From Gammaproteobacteria bacterium (GTDB lineage Bacteria > Pseudomonadota > Gammaproteobacteria > JAJFKG01): a DNA stretch of 64,000 nucleotides. Made by a program: the position numbers and the translations under genes. Each line of letters opens with the position of its first letter. Within the stretch, counting starts at the first letter, position 1. Below the pieces are notes generated by a model. It had not been told where the DNA came from. It saw only the letters and a list, made by a program, of their open reading frames with translations, and ran no database searches. Of this stretch, positions 41,685 to 51,299 are shown piece by piece. The stretch lies in NCBI GenBank assembly GCA_965116795.1, contig OZ220716.1, positions 810,503-874,502 of the forward strand, given 5' to 3'.

Positions 41685-43444
41685 GCAGGTGTTAGTTTTT
41701 TTTGTTTATCAGTGAACCAAGTCTCTACTGTCTGTGGCGTAATGCAATGCTCGTATTGAGTGACTGCTTGCCCTAACTCAGTTGCAATGGTCATGATACG
41801 ATCTATATCGTGTTGTTTAAATGGCTGCTGACATAATTGTGTTTCCGCCGTCTGCGCTAGGGCAGTGATTAATGTTGATAATGCTGATGATGTATCGGAT
41901 CGATCGGCTAATGCGGCGAATACCGTGTCTACTAATGTCGTAGTTGCTACCTGACTTAGTAAAGCTGGAATATGACGAATCGCCAGTGTATTAATGTCTA
42001 GTTCAGTGGCATCGATGCCTAAGCATGTCAATGTGGATTGGTGTTTTGCCCAAATGGCTGCGGTGCTCGTCGTCAGTTGGTAGCGTACGGGCACTAGTAG
42101 TGGTTGCTGTTCAACCTTGCCATTAGTCACTTGTTTCGTTAAGTGTTGTGCTACCCATGCAGAATAAATAAGTTTTGCATCAAGGATAATCAAATTATCA
42201 TTACGTGCTAATAAGATATAATGTGACTTAAAAACACCAATGATAGTGTGGTTAGGGGTGTTAGTTTGGTTAGAGACAGCTGGTTCAGGCACAACTACGG
42301 GTTTAGCCATTGTTGTTGGTTGATGGGTAGTTTTGCCATGGATGTATTGTTGTTTCCAAGTTTCACGTTGGTAATCATCAATAACCGCATTGGCTTGTTG
42401 TGTTGATGTTGTGTTGTCATTATCAATGAGACAGGTTTGTGATGTCTTGTTGAGTACATCTTGTATACTTCTTACGATAAAATCATGTACTAAACGTGCA
42501 TCATGAAAACGCACTTCATGTTTAGTTGGATGCACATTCACATCCACTGTGATCGGATCACAGTTCAGAAATAAAATCACACTCGGGTAACGGCCTGTTG
42601 GTAGGGTATCTGCATAGGCTTGGCGTATTGCATGATTGATCAATTTGTCACGTATTACTCGTCCATTGATAAAACAATATTGACGATCAGTTTGATTGCG
42701 CGCCAATTCTGCACTGGCTATCCAACCGTTTAAGGTTAACGGAGCACGTTCAATGTCAACATGTACACAATGTGTCAAGAAGGCTTTCCCCATTAATGTC
42801 GCAATACGTTTTTCTTTTTCGATAAGAGATGCTGCAATGGGTAAACGCCATACAGTACGCTCGCCATGCATTAACTGAAAACCAATCTCAAATCGACTCA
42901 GTGCAGCACGTCGTACCACTTCTTCAATATGATTAAACTCAGTTTTATCACTGCGTAAGAATTTGCGTCTAGCCGGGATATTATAAAATAGATCATTGAC
43001 GATAATCGTTGTCCCAACAGGGTGAGCAACCGTTGTTACTGATTGCTCAGTTTGGGTTGTATTATGTGTAATTTGATAACCAACATCAGCAGTTGTACTG
43101 CGAGATTGCAAGGTAAAGTGTGACACAGCAGCAATGCTTGCTAAGGCTTCACCACGAAAACCTAAGCTGGTGATAGCATTTAGATCATCTGCAGTGTGAA
43201 TTTTACTGGTTGCATGGCTAGTAATCGCTAATGGTAAATCTACTTTATTAATTCCACCACCATTGTCAGTGACTTGAATGCGTTGCACACCACTTTTATG
43301 AATGGTTATGCTAATTTGCGTTGCACCAGCGTCAATACTGTTTTCAATCAATTCCTTAACTACCGATGCAGGGCGTTCTACCACTTCGCCAGCTGCAATT
43401 TTGTTAGCGAGCGCAGTGGATAGTTTATGTATGATGGGTTCCAT
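41681..43444 (-). CDS. mutL: DNA mismatch repair protein MutL
   Basis: IAAGEVVERP, GFRGEAL, VDVNVHPTK motifs. Confidence 0.96.
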   Translation of the reverse strand: MEPIIHKLSTALANKIAAGEVVERPASVVKELIENSIDAGATQISITIHKSGVQRIQVTDNGGGINKVDLPLAITSHATSKIHTADDLNAITSLGFRGEALASIAAVSHFTLQSRSTTADVGYQITHNTTQTEQSVTTVAHPVGTTIIVNDLFYNIPARRKFLRSDKTEFNHIEEVVRRAALSRFEIGFQLMHGERTVWRLPIAASLIEKEKRIATLMGKAFLTHCVHVDIERAPLTLNGWIASAELARNQTDRQYCFINGRVIRDKLINHAIRQAYADTLPTGRYPSVILFLNCDPITVDVNVHPTKHEVRFHDARLVHDFIVRSIQDVLNKTSQTCLIDNDNTTSTQQANAVIDDYQRETWKQQYIHGKTTHQPTTMAKPVVVPEPAVSNQTNTPNHTIIGVFKSHYILLARNDNLIILDAKLIYSAWVAQHLTKQVTNGKVEQQPLLVPVRYQLTTSTAAIWAKHQSTLTCLGIDATELDINTLAIRHIPALLSQVATTTLVDTVFAALADRSDTSSALSTLITALAQTAETQLCQQPFKQHDIDRIMTIATELGQAVTQYEHCITPQTVETWFTDKQKKLTPA

Positions 43445-43486
43445 TTGCCTGTCTCCTGTATGTTGCTGTTAGTGTTAAACAGTGTG

Positions 43487-44863
43487 TTAACTCACAGCAG
43501 GTAATATCAACACTTGCCCAACACGGATTGTATGGTTTGATAATTGATTACGTGTGCGGATTGCATTCACTGATACATGATATTGTTCAGCGATTGCAGA
43601 TAATGTATCACCTTTAGCAACATGATATGTCATCTCTTGATGACGTTGTGCTAATTGTTGTTGCTTTTTAGTGGCATAATACGTTCCACGTGGTGGGTGT
43701 TGAGTAAAGTACTGTTTTATCCCAGCTAAGATAGCACGCGCTATCCGTTTGCGATAAGTACTGCTGCGTAAGTTGCGTTCTTCACTCGGATTGGAGATAA
43801 AACCAGTCTCGATTAGGATAGATGGGATATCAGGTGATTTTAATACGACAAATCGGGCTTGTTCAACTTTGTTATGGTGTAGCGAGTTTAACAGTCCTAG
43901 TTTCTTTAATACAGTGGAGCCAATATTTAAACTCTCGGCAATGGTTGCCGTTTGCGATAAGTCAATCAATACTGATCGCAATGTTTTATCGTTGCTCTCT
44001 AAACCATTTAAATCAACGCCACCTAATTCAGAATGATTTTCTTTTTGTGCTAACCAACGTGCAGCTTCACTACTAGCACCACGCTGTGATAATGCATACA
44101 CAGAAGCACCACGTGCCACACGATTACGATAAGCATCAGCATGGATAGCGACAAACATGTCTGCTTTTGCTGCACGGGCTTTTTGTAGACGTGTGCGTAA
44201 CCTAATAAAATAATCACCACTACGGGTTAATACTGGGGTTAAACCCGGTTCACGTCGCATTAATTGATATAGTTCTTTGGAAATGCTCAAGACAACGTTT
44301 TTTTCACGAGTACCCTTGCTGCCAATAGCCCCGGGATCTTTGCCACCATGGCCAGGGTCAATCACCACAATAATATCGCGTGTAAAGGCTTTCTTTAACG
44401 GCACATCAGCAATGGGTTTAGTAGCAGGGGTTACGGTTTTCTTAGTAGTAGTGGGCGTTGTTTTCGGTGTTAGCAACAGGACTAATCTGTCACGGTAGTG
44501 TAATTCAGGTTCAAGTAAATACGCACGCGCATTGATCGGTATTTTAGCATCTAATACTAATCGAATAGTTTGTGATTGTTTGCCAACACGAATCGCTTTG
44601 ATCGGTGTATTGGTTAGCTTAAGTTTACTAAGATCAGTTGCCAGTGTTGCGTTGCGAATATCTAATATCACACGTGTTGGGTTTGTCAGTGTGAAGTAAG
44701 TATATTTGACCGGTTGATTTAACACGAATACAAGTTGTGTTTGCTTGTTGTTGGTTGTTAGCCGTGCAGCGCTAATGGTTGCTGTACTAGCAGCAGTGAT
44801 ATGGCTGCTGACAAGACACAGGCTGAGTAAACTAATGATTGTTAACAGGTGGCGATACGTCAT
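43487..44863 (-). CDS. amiB: N-acetylmuramoyl-L-alanine amidase (AMIN-amidase-LysM)
   Basis: DPGHGGKDPGA, IHADA, LIETGFISN, C-terminal LysM; between tsaE and mutL. Confidence 0.88.
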   Translation of the reverse strand: MTYRHLLTIISLLSLCLVSSHITAASTATISAARLTTNNKQTQLVFVLNQPVKYTYFTLTNPTRVILDIRNATLATDLSKLKLTNTPIKAIRVGKQSQTIRLVLDAKIPINARAYLLEPELHYRDRLVLLLTPKTTPTTTKKTVTPATKPIADVPLKKAFTRDIIVVIDPGHGGKDPGAIGSKGTREKNVVLSISKELYQLMRREPGLTPVLTRSGDYFIRLRTRLQKARAAKADMFVAIHADAYRNRVARGASVYALSQRGASSEAARWLAQKENHSELGGVDLNGLESNDKTLRSVLIDLSQTATIAESLNIGSTVLKKLGLLNSLHHNKVEQARFVVLKSPDIPSILIETGFISNPSEERNLRSSTYRKRIARAILAGIKQYFTQHPPRGTYYATKKQQQLAQRHQEMTYHVAKGDTLSAIAEQYHVSVNAIRTRNQLSNHTIRVGQVLILPAVS

Positions 44864-45372
44864 GATTTTGCCTTAGTAACTACATGAGCCACTTGGGCTA
44901 ACAATTGATTGCCATGGGTAGATTGTGCTGATAATTTGATGCATCGTTGTTCTTCAACTTGGCCAGTATGCATAATATGGCATATGACATCGGCTAAAGG
45001 CAATTGCTCACCGCCTTTTTCTGGCCATTCGATGAGGCAAATACTGTCTGCTGAACAATAATCATCAATACCAATCGTAACTAGTTCAGCCGGTGTAGTT
45101 AAGCGATACAAATCAAAATGATAAATATGATAATCACGGATGCGGTACGGTTCAACCAAGGTAAATGTTGGGCTTTTTACGCGGCCTGTTATGCCTAGTG
45201 CTTGCAATATGCCACGTACAAGCGTTGTTTTGCCAGCGCCTAATTGGCCTTGTAAATATATCACGCAAGGTGGAACACAGGCGTTGGCAATGTGTTTAGC
45301 TAATTCGTTGGTTTGCATTAACGTAGTGATATTAACGCAGATAGGTTGATATACGTTACATGATGTTGTCAC
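44860..45372 (-). CDS. tsaE: t6A biosynthesis ATPase
   Basis: GQLGAGKTT, VKSPTFTLVEPY, HFDLYRL, IEWPE motifs. Confidence 0.96.
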   Translation of the reverse strand: MTTSCNVYQPICVNITTLMQTNELAKHIANACVPPCVIYLQGQLGAGKTTLVRGILQALGITGRVKSPTFTLVEPYRIRDYHIYHFDLYRLTTPAELVTIGIDDYCSADSICLIEWPEKGGEQLPLADVICHIMHTGQVEEQRCIKLSAQSTHGNQLLAQVAHVVTKAKS

Positions 45373-45374
45373 GA

Positions 45375-46856
45375 TTAACCCATTAATTGTTTTAAGTAAG
45401 GCAGTAAATCAGATGCTATCAAACCACGTTCACCTGAACGTGCAGCTAAATCGCCAGCATACCCATGAGCACATACACCGATACACGCTGCTTTATATGG
45501 ATTCAGTCCTTGTGCATATAAGCCAGCGATGACACCACTTAATACATCACCCATACCACCTGTTGCCATACCTGGGTTGCCAACGCAACATATGGTGGTA
45601 TCAGCTGTGTTTGTTGTACCGATAAGTGTGCCAGCGCCTTTTAACACAACGGTAGCTTGGTAACGTTGGATTAATTTGTGTAGTGCGTTAATGCGATCAT
45701 GTTGAATGTGATCAGTGTTACAATTTAATAGGCGTGCTGCTTCACCAGGATGTGGAGTTAAGATTGCATTAGTGATAGAGGTAGGTTGTTTAGCTAATTG
45801 ATTTAAACCGTCAGCATCGATGATACACGGCTTATTCGTTGCTAGTGTGGCTTTGAATAAGTCATTTGCCCATTGGTCATCACCCAGTCCAGGACCAAGC
45901 GCAATGACAGTAGCACGTTCGAGTAAATGAGTCAGTCCAGCTGTGTCATTAACCGCATGCACCATTAATTCTGGCATGTGGCTTAATAAAGGAGTGACGT
46001 GTTGAGCACGTGTTGCTACCGACACTAATCCTGCCCCAACGCGATAGGCAGCTTGTGCTGCTAGTGCGGCTGCACCGCCCATACCGTAATTGCCACCAAT
46101 AACTAATACGTGACCGACATTACCTTTGTGAATAGTACGTGCTCGATTGGGTAATTGTGATTGTACAGCTTGCCAGTCTATACAATGTGTCGTTGAAGTG
46201 ATTTGGTCAAATATAGATGTTGGTAATTGTAAATCGGCTAACTGTACCTTCCCAGCATAGTGCACACCATCACCAGTAAATAACCCAATCTTATAACCAA
46301 TAAAGGTGATCGTTTCAGTCGCATTGACGATGTTACCATTATGACTGCCAGTATCAGGATTTAATCCTGATGGTGAATCAAGGGCGAGTATAGGTCGTTT
46401 TGCTGCATTGATTAAGTCGATCAGTTTGGCAACATCAGTGCGAACAGCACCATTTACACCGGTGCCTAAGATGGCATCTACCAATAGATCAGCATTGGAT
46501 AAATCAACAGGTTTGATCTGAGTCATTGCTTGACAAGAAACACCGTGTTTTAGTGCATATTCAATTGCATGACGTGCAACGGCTATATTAGCTTGAGGTA
46601 TATCACCTGTATGCACTATGCTAACGAGATAATTTGCTTGTTTAAGTAAACTAGCCAACACATAACCGTCACCACCATTATTACCTTGTCCACAGCATAT
46701 CACAATGCGTTTTGCTGATGGTATGTGTGTTTTAATATAAGCAAATGCCGCATCAGCAGCGCGCTGCATTAATGTGTCTTCAGTGATTCCTGCTGAGGTT
46801 ATAGCTAGCTGTTCACATTGGCGAATTAGTTGACTTGTGTACAGTGGAATGTCCAA
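45375..46856 (-). CDS. nnr: Bifunctional NAD(P)H-hydrate epimerase/dehydratase
   Basis: GNNGGDG, LTPHPGEA, GGMGDVLSG motifs. Confidence 0.95.
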   Translation of the reverse strand: MDIPLYTSQLIRQCEQLAITSAGITEDTLMQRAADAAFAYIKTHIPSAKRIVICCGQGNNGGDGYVLASLLKQANYLVSIVHTGDIPQANIAVARHAIEYALKHGVSCQAMTQIKPVDLSNADLLVDAILGTGVNGAVRTDVAKLIDLINAAKRPILALDSPSGLNPDTGSHNGNIVNATETITFIGYKIGLFTGDGVHYAGKVQLADLQLPTSIFDQITSTTHCIDWQAVQSQLPNRARTIHKGNVGHVLVIGGNYGMGGAAALAAQAAYRVGAGLVSVATRAQHVTPLLSHMPELMVHAVNDTAGLTHLLERATVIALGPGLGDDQWANDLFKATLATNKPCIIDADGLNQLAKQPTSITNAILTPHPGEAARLLNCNTDHIQHDRINALHKLIQRYQATVVLKGAGTLIGTTNTADTTICCVGNPGMATGGMGDVLSGVIAGLYAQGLNPYKAACIGVCAHGYAGDLAARSGERGLIASDLLPYLKQLMG

Positions 46857-46982
46857 GTTATGTATGTCTCATCAGTCACATTTTAAGTGGCCAAGAGGTT
46901 ACCATGTCGTTTAGTTAAAGCCCAGTGTTTATCGCTAATAGCCACCCCAAAGCTGACTGATAATTATACAAGTAATGTATAC

Positions 46983-47549
46983 TTAGCTGCTGGATTTAGC
47001 ATCGGGTAATGCAAACAAGTGTTCACGGTAATAGCGTAATTCATCGATTGAATCACGGATGTCTTGTAGTGCTAAGTGTTGAGTTTCTTTATTAACACTA
47101 TTATAAATGGTGGGTGCCCATGCTTTAGCTAACAGTTTCACTGTGCTTACATCAATATGCCGATAATGAAAATATTTCTCTAGTGTTGGCATTAAACGAT
47201 GTAAAAAACGGCGGTCTTGGCAAATGCTATTACCACACATCGGTGATTTGCCTGCAGGTACCCACTGTTTTAAAAAATCCAAGGTTTGTTGCTCAGCGTC
47301 TGCTGCAATCAACTGACTTTGGCGAACGCGATCAAGTAAGCCGGATTGGCTATGGTGTGTTTGATTCCATTTATCCATTTGAGTGAGCACATCATCAGGT
47401 TGATGAATGGCGAGCATTGGCCCTTCGGCTAAGACAGTTAACTGTATATCAGTAACAATAGTGGCAATTTCAATAATATAGTCTGTATCCGTATTCAATC
47501 CTGTCATTTCAAGATCGATCCAAATGAGATTAGTTGCTTTTTGCACCAC
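46983..47549 (-). CDS. orn: Oligoribonuclease
   Basis: [27 protein letters not shown] motifs; GTG start inferred from AAGGA RBS. Confidence 0.96.
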   Translation of the reverse strand: MVQKATNLIWIDLEMTGLNTDTDYIIEIATIVTDIQLTVLAEGPMLAIHQPDDVLTQMDKWNQTHHSQSGLLDRVRQSQLIAADAEQQTLDFLKQWVPAGKSPMCGNSICQDRRFLHRLMPTLEKYFHYRHIDVSTVKLLAKAWAPTIYNSVNKETQHLALQDIRDSIDELRYYREHLFALPDAKSSS

Positions 47550-47715
47550 GTTATATTTCCTTAACAGCATAATTTGATAAATAAAGTAAGCAGTATAACA
47601 TGATCAGCTATAGGTAGCTGTGTGAACGGTTGGAAGTGATAGTGTATTTGTCAACTTAATGAGTATGTAATAGTAGACAAAAGCTTAAATGGTATTCAAA
47701 GATAATGAAATGGTT

Positions 47716-47776
47716 ACTTTACGTTCGTCCTGCTATAGCTGCAGGCAATTTGGGGCGCCGAAGACGAACGTAAAGT
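47716..47776. repeat. 14-bp perfect inverted repeat (REP-like hairpin)
   Basis: ACTTTACGTTCGTC ... GACGAACGTAAAGT. Confidence 0.7.
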
Positions 47777-47944
47777 GGAAGCTCTCTTGATAATTGACAT
47801 TATCTCTTGCCTAGCAAATCAATTTGTTAGCAATTTAATATCATAGATCGCGGGCATTGTAAGCAATAAGACATAAAAAGACAAGTTAGTTATTTTTAAT
47901 AAGTAGATCTATTGTTTCGCTAAACCTGCATAGTTTAATTGTAT

Positions 47945-48619
47945 TTATAACTTAGTGCGATTTTTATCGCGATATGCCATTGACCCAACCAGTCTGGCGA
48001 CTAAGACAGCAAGGTAAAATATACCAGTGACTTCTTCCAGAATGACAATAGAGCGCGCGTAAGAATTAATTGCAATCACATCACCAAAGCCGACAGTGGA
48101 TAGTGTAGTAAAGCTAAAATACACTAAATCATAGTTGCGCACTAAACCAAATCCTTGGTTACCACTATATAAAAACGAGCCTGGAAAAATAAATTCGATT
48201 AACTCATATAAGTTGCCGTACGCGATTCCAATTAGTAAATAAGCCGATAATGCTCCGAAAATTAAGTCGCGGGTTATTTCTCTTTCTTCTAATACAATCG
48301 TAATAATCATAATGGCAACAGTACAATAAAATGAGAATGATAAAATCAGATCGATTAATTCATATTTCATATTAAAGTGATTGACTTTAAGTAGTGTTAC
48401 TAAAAAGATTACCATGGCAATCACAGTAAGATACAAAAAGTGTTTCTTGTTTTCACGAATCGAATAAATAGAAGTGATGATAATGATGAGTGATAATCCG
48501 CTAATGGTTAATTCACCATAAGAACGAGTCAGAAACAAAGGGCTTACCAGAATCATCAATATTAAACTAATAAATAACGCAATAAATTTATGTTCTCTAT
48601 TGACAATGGTTCGGTGCAC
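47945..48619 (-). CDS. Potassium channel family protein
   Basis: Multi-TM with selectivity filter TTLSTVGFGD. Confidence 0.88.
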   Translation of the reverse strand: MHRTIVNREHKFIALFISLILMILVSPLFLTRSYGELTISGLSLIIIITSIYSIRENKKHFLYLTVIAMVIFLVTLLKVNHFNMKYELIDLILSFSFYCTVAIMIITIVLEEREITRDLIFGALSAYLLIGIAYGNLYELIEFIFPGSFLYSGNQGFGLVRNYDLVYFSFTTLSTVGFGDVIAINSYARSIVILEEVTGIFYLAVLVARLVGSMAYRDKNRTKL

Positions 48620-48721
48620 GCGCTTCTCCCTAAGCTAGCATTAATGTTTCCTGTTAACGACTATAACATAAGATCATGTAATAACAAGTAATGCTATTCG
48701 ATGGCCATCCTGTAATTAGAT

Positions 48722-49515
48722 TTATAAAGAAATTGTGCCAATCAGGTAAGGTGTAACCTGTCCAGTGAGTTCAACTTGATCATCTAGTAAGCGGCATATG
48801 AGCTTACCAGAGCGTGCGGATAATTGTCGTGCGCGTAATGTGGTTTTATGTAATTTTTCAGCCCAGTATGGAACAAGCGTACAGTGTGCAGAGCCAGTAA
48901 CTGGATCTTCAGTGCATGAGTTCAGCGGTGTAAAAAAGCGTGACATGATATCAATGTTTGGATCGTCACTAGGGGCAGTTACAATAATACCGAGTGTATC
49001 CAATGGTGCAAACATATCGCAATCTAGCTGTAAATCACGCAGTGTTTGTGCTGAATCAAATATTGCTAAGTAGTTATTAGCACGATATACCGCTGTCGGC
49101 ATAACACCGAAACCCGTCGCAAAATAATCTGGCATTGTGCACGGCTGTGCGGATAACGCAGGAAACGTCAGCACAATCCCTTCGTTAGTGCGTGTTGCCA
49201 GTAATGTGCCTTTTTTCTGAGTGGTAAATGTCAATTCATTGGTAGTTAATTCAATATATAATTGAAGATCACATATGCAGCAGCTAATGTTGCATGACCA
49301 CATAGCTCAACTTCGTGTTGTGGTTTGAACCAACGCAAATGATATTGGCCATTTTCACCGACAAAAAATGCTGTTTCCGATAGATTATTTTCAGCAGCAA
49401 TTGCTTGCATAATGTTATCTGGCAACCATGTGTTCAGTGGGCACACGGCAGCTGGATTTCCTTTAAATAAAGTATCAGTAAACGAGTCAACTTGGTATAA
49501 CGTATACGTACTCAT
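48722..49515 (-). pseudogene. PhzF-family epimerase, frameshifted
   Basis: N-part (GNPAAV, NLSETAF, LCGHATLA) and C-part (SRFF, EDPVTGSAH) lie in different frames; junction at a TA run near 49254-49260. Confidence 0.88.
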
Positions 49516-49600
49516 GTGTGATTTGTATTACTATTAAATTGGTTACTAAGGCAAGATTATACGAGCCTTTCTGTTGCAGGGTCAATGACTCAAGATCTAT

Positions 49601-50140
49601 CTATTTAGGTAATGCAGTCAATGCGATAGCTAGTGCTTGTGCAAGCCAAGGTGTGTATTGCTCAGGGTGTTGCTGCAATCCTTCATGTAATCTGTCTATG
49701 TTCATCCACGTATAATCAGCAACTTCACTTGAATTTATGTTAAGTTTAAGCGCAGCATTAGCAATTCCAATGAACACATGATCAATTTCATTTTCAATTA
49801 AATCATTATTACAGTTAGCAATATAATGAAACTTGTCGACAAATTGTAATGGGATAGTGATCCCCATTTCTTCACGTAAGCGTCGTTTGGCTGCAGTTAA
49901 TGTTTCTTCCTGAATATAAGGGTGGCTGCAACAGGTATTTGTCCATAATCCACCACAATGATATTTATCTAATTGGCGTTGTTGTAATAAACAGTCCCAT
50001 GTGTGTTGTTGTTTACGGAATATAAATACAGAAAATGCACGGTGACGTAATCCTTGTTGATGAGCCGCCAATTTTTCAATATCACCGATGGAATTATCCT
50101 GTTCGTCTACTAGAATAACATTTTGATATTTTTGGGACAT
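49601..50140 (-). CDS. idi: Isopentenyl-diphosphate isomerase type 1
   Basis: HRAFSVF, WTNTCCSHP, ENEIDHVF, YTPW motifs; start ATG 50140. Confidence 0.95.
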   Translation of the reverse strand: MSQKYQNVILVDEQDNSIGDIEKLAAHQQGLRHRAFSVFIFRKQQHTWDCLLQQRQLDKYHCGGLWTNTCCSHPYIQEETLTAAKRRLREEMGITIPLQFVDKFHYIANCNNDLIENEIDHVFIGIANAALKLNINSSEVADYTWMNIDRLHEGLQQHPEQYTPWLAQALAIALTALPK

Positions 50141-50209
50141 TACACTGTATCTCAAGTAATATAATAATAGTCTCGCATAGTAGCGTAACAATAGTTATAA
50201 TGCCAGGCC

Positions 50210-51106
50210 ATGACATTAGCCACATTTTTTCAACAATATCAGCAACGCATTAATACGTATCTACAGTACAGATTAGATAACACAGCCTGTGCTTCAGCAT
50301 CACTGACTGATGCATTGCACTACAGTGTACTCAATGGTGGTAAACGGTTACGCCCGCTCTTAGTGTATGCTATTGCTTACGCTCTAAAACATGATCAATT
50401 CATATCGTACTTAGACAATGCTGATCGTTGTGCAGCAGCATGTGAATTTATCCATTGTTATTCGTTAGTGCACGATGATTTGCCAGCGATGGATGATGAT
50501 GATTGGCGTCGTGGTCAGTTAGCATGTCATAAACGCTTTAATGAAGCAGATGCCATATTAGTTGGTGATGGTTTACAGGCATTAGCATTTGCGATGATCA
50601 GTGAACCGATGGTATTTATTGACGGCGAGCAACAATTAACAATGTTGTCGTTATTAGCCAATGCTGCTGGTTTTGCTGGGATGGTGGGTGGCCAGGGATT
50701 GGATTTGGCTAACCAAACAACTACCTTAGATGAATTAGTCAAGATGCATCAATTAAAAACAGGCGCATTATTTACTGCCGCAGTTGAATTAGGTGCACGT
50801 TGTGTTGGGTGTACTGATGATCGGTTGTTAGCTCAACTCAATCAATTTGCTCATCATTTAGGATTAGCATACCAAATCCAAGATGATGTCTTAGATATTA
50901 CTCAATCTAAAAAGGTATTGGGTAAACCACAATGTTCAGATGTGATTAATGGAAAATGTACATTTGTCAGTTTGCTTGGTCTGGATGCAGCAACTGAGTA
51001 TTTACATACAACGTATAAAAAAGCACATGATTGCTTAGCTAATCTTAAATTAGATAATACTATATTAACCGAGTTCGTTGAGTATATTCATCAACGAAAT
51101 TGCTAG
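50210..51106 (+). CDS. ispA: Farnesyl diphosphate synthase
   Basis: GGKRLRP, HDDLPAMDDDD, KTGALF, QIQDDVLD motifs. Confidence 0.93.
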   Translation: MTLATFFQQYQQRINTYLQYRLDNTACASASLTDALHYSVLNGGKRLRPLLVYAIAYALKHDQFISYLDNADRCAAACEFIHCYSLVHDDLPAMDDDDWRRGQLACHKRFNEADAILVGDGLQALAFAMISEPMVFIDGEQQLTMLSLLANAAGFAGMVGGQGLDLANQTTTLDELVKMHQLKTGALFTAAVELGARCVGCTDDRLLAQLNQFAHHLGLAYQIQDDVLDITQSKKVLGKPQCSDVINGKCTFVSLLGLDAATEYLHTTYKKAHDCLANLKLDNTILTEFVEYIHQRNC

Positions 51107-51109
51107 TAT

Positions 51110-51293
51110 CTATAGCTTTTCAGAAAAATAAATTGGATTTTAGCATTCAGATTGAGTTTAGATGGCCGGGTTTCGATTGAAAAAAAGCGGAAGAATAGTT
51201 GGGCTATTTTGAGCATTTTTTGAATGAGCAACGCGGCTAGGTGAGCGCAAGATGAAATGATACAATCCAATTTATTTTTCTGAAAAGCTATAG
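51110..51293. mobile_element. 184-bp MITE with perfect 30-bp terminal inverted repeats
   Basis: CTATAGCTTTTCAGAAAAATAAATTGGATT (51110-51139) and its exact reverse complement (51264-51293). Confidence 0.92.
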
Positions 51294-51299
51294 CTTAGA

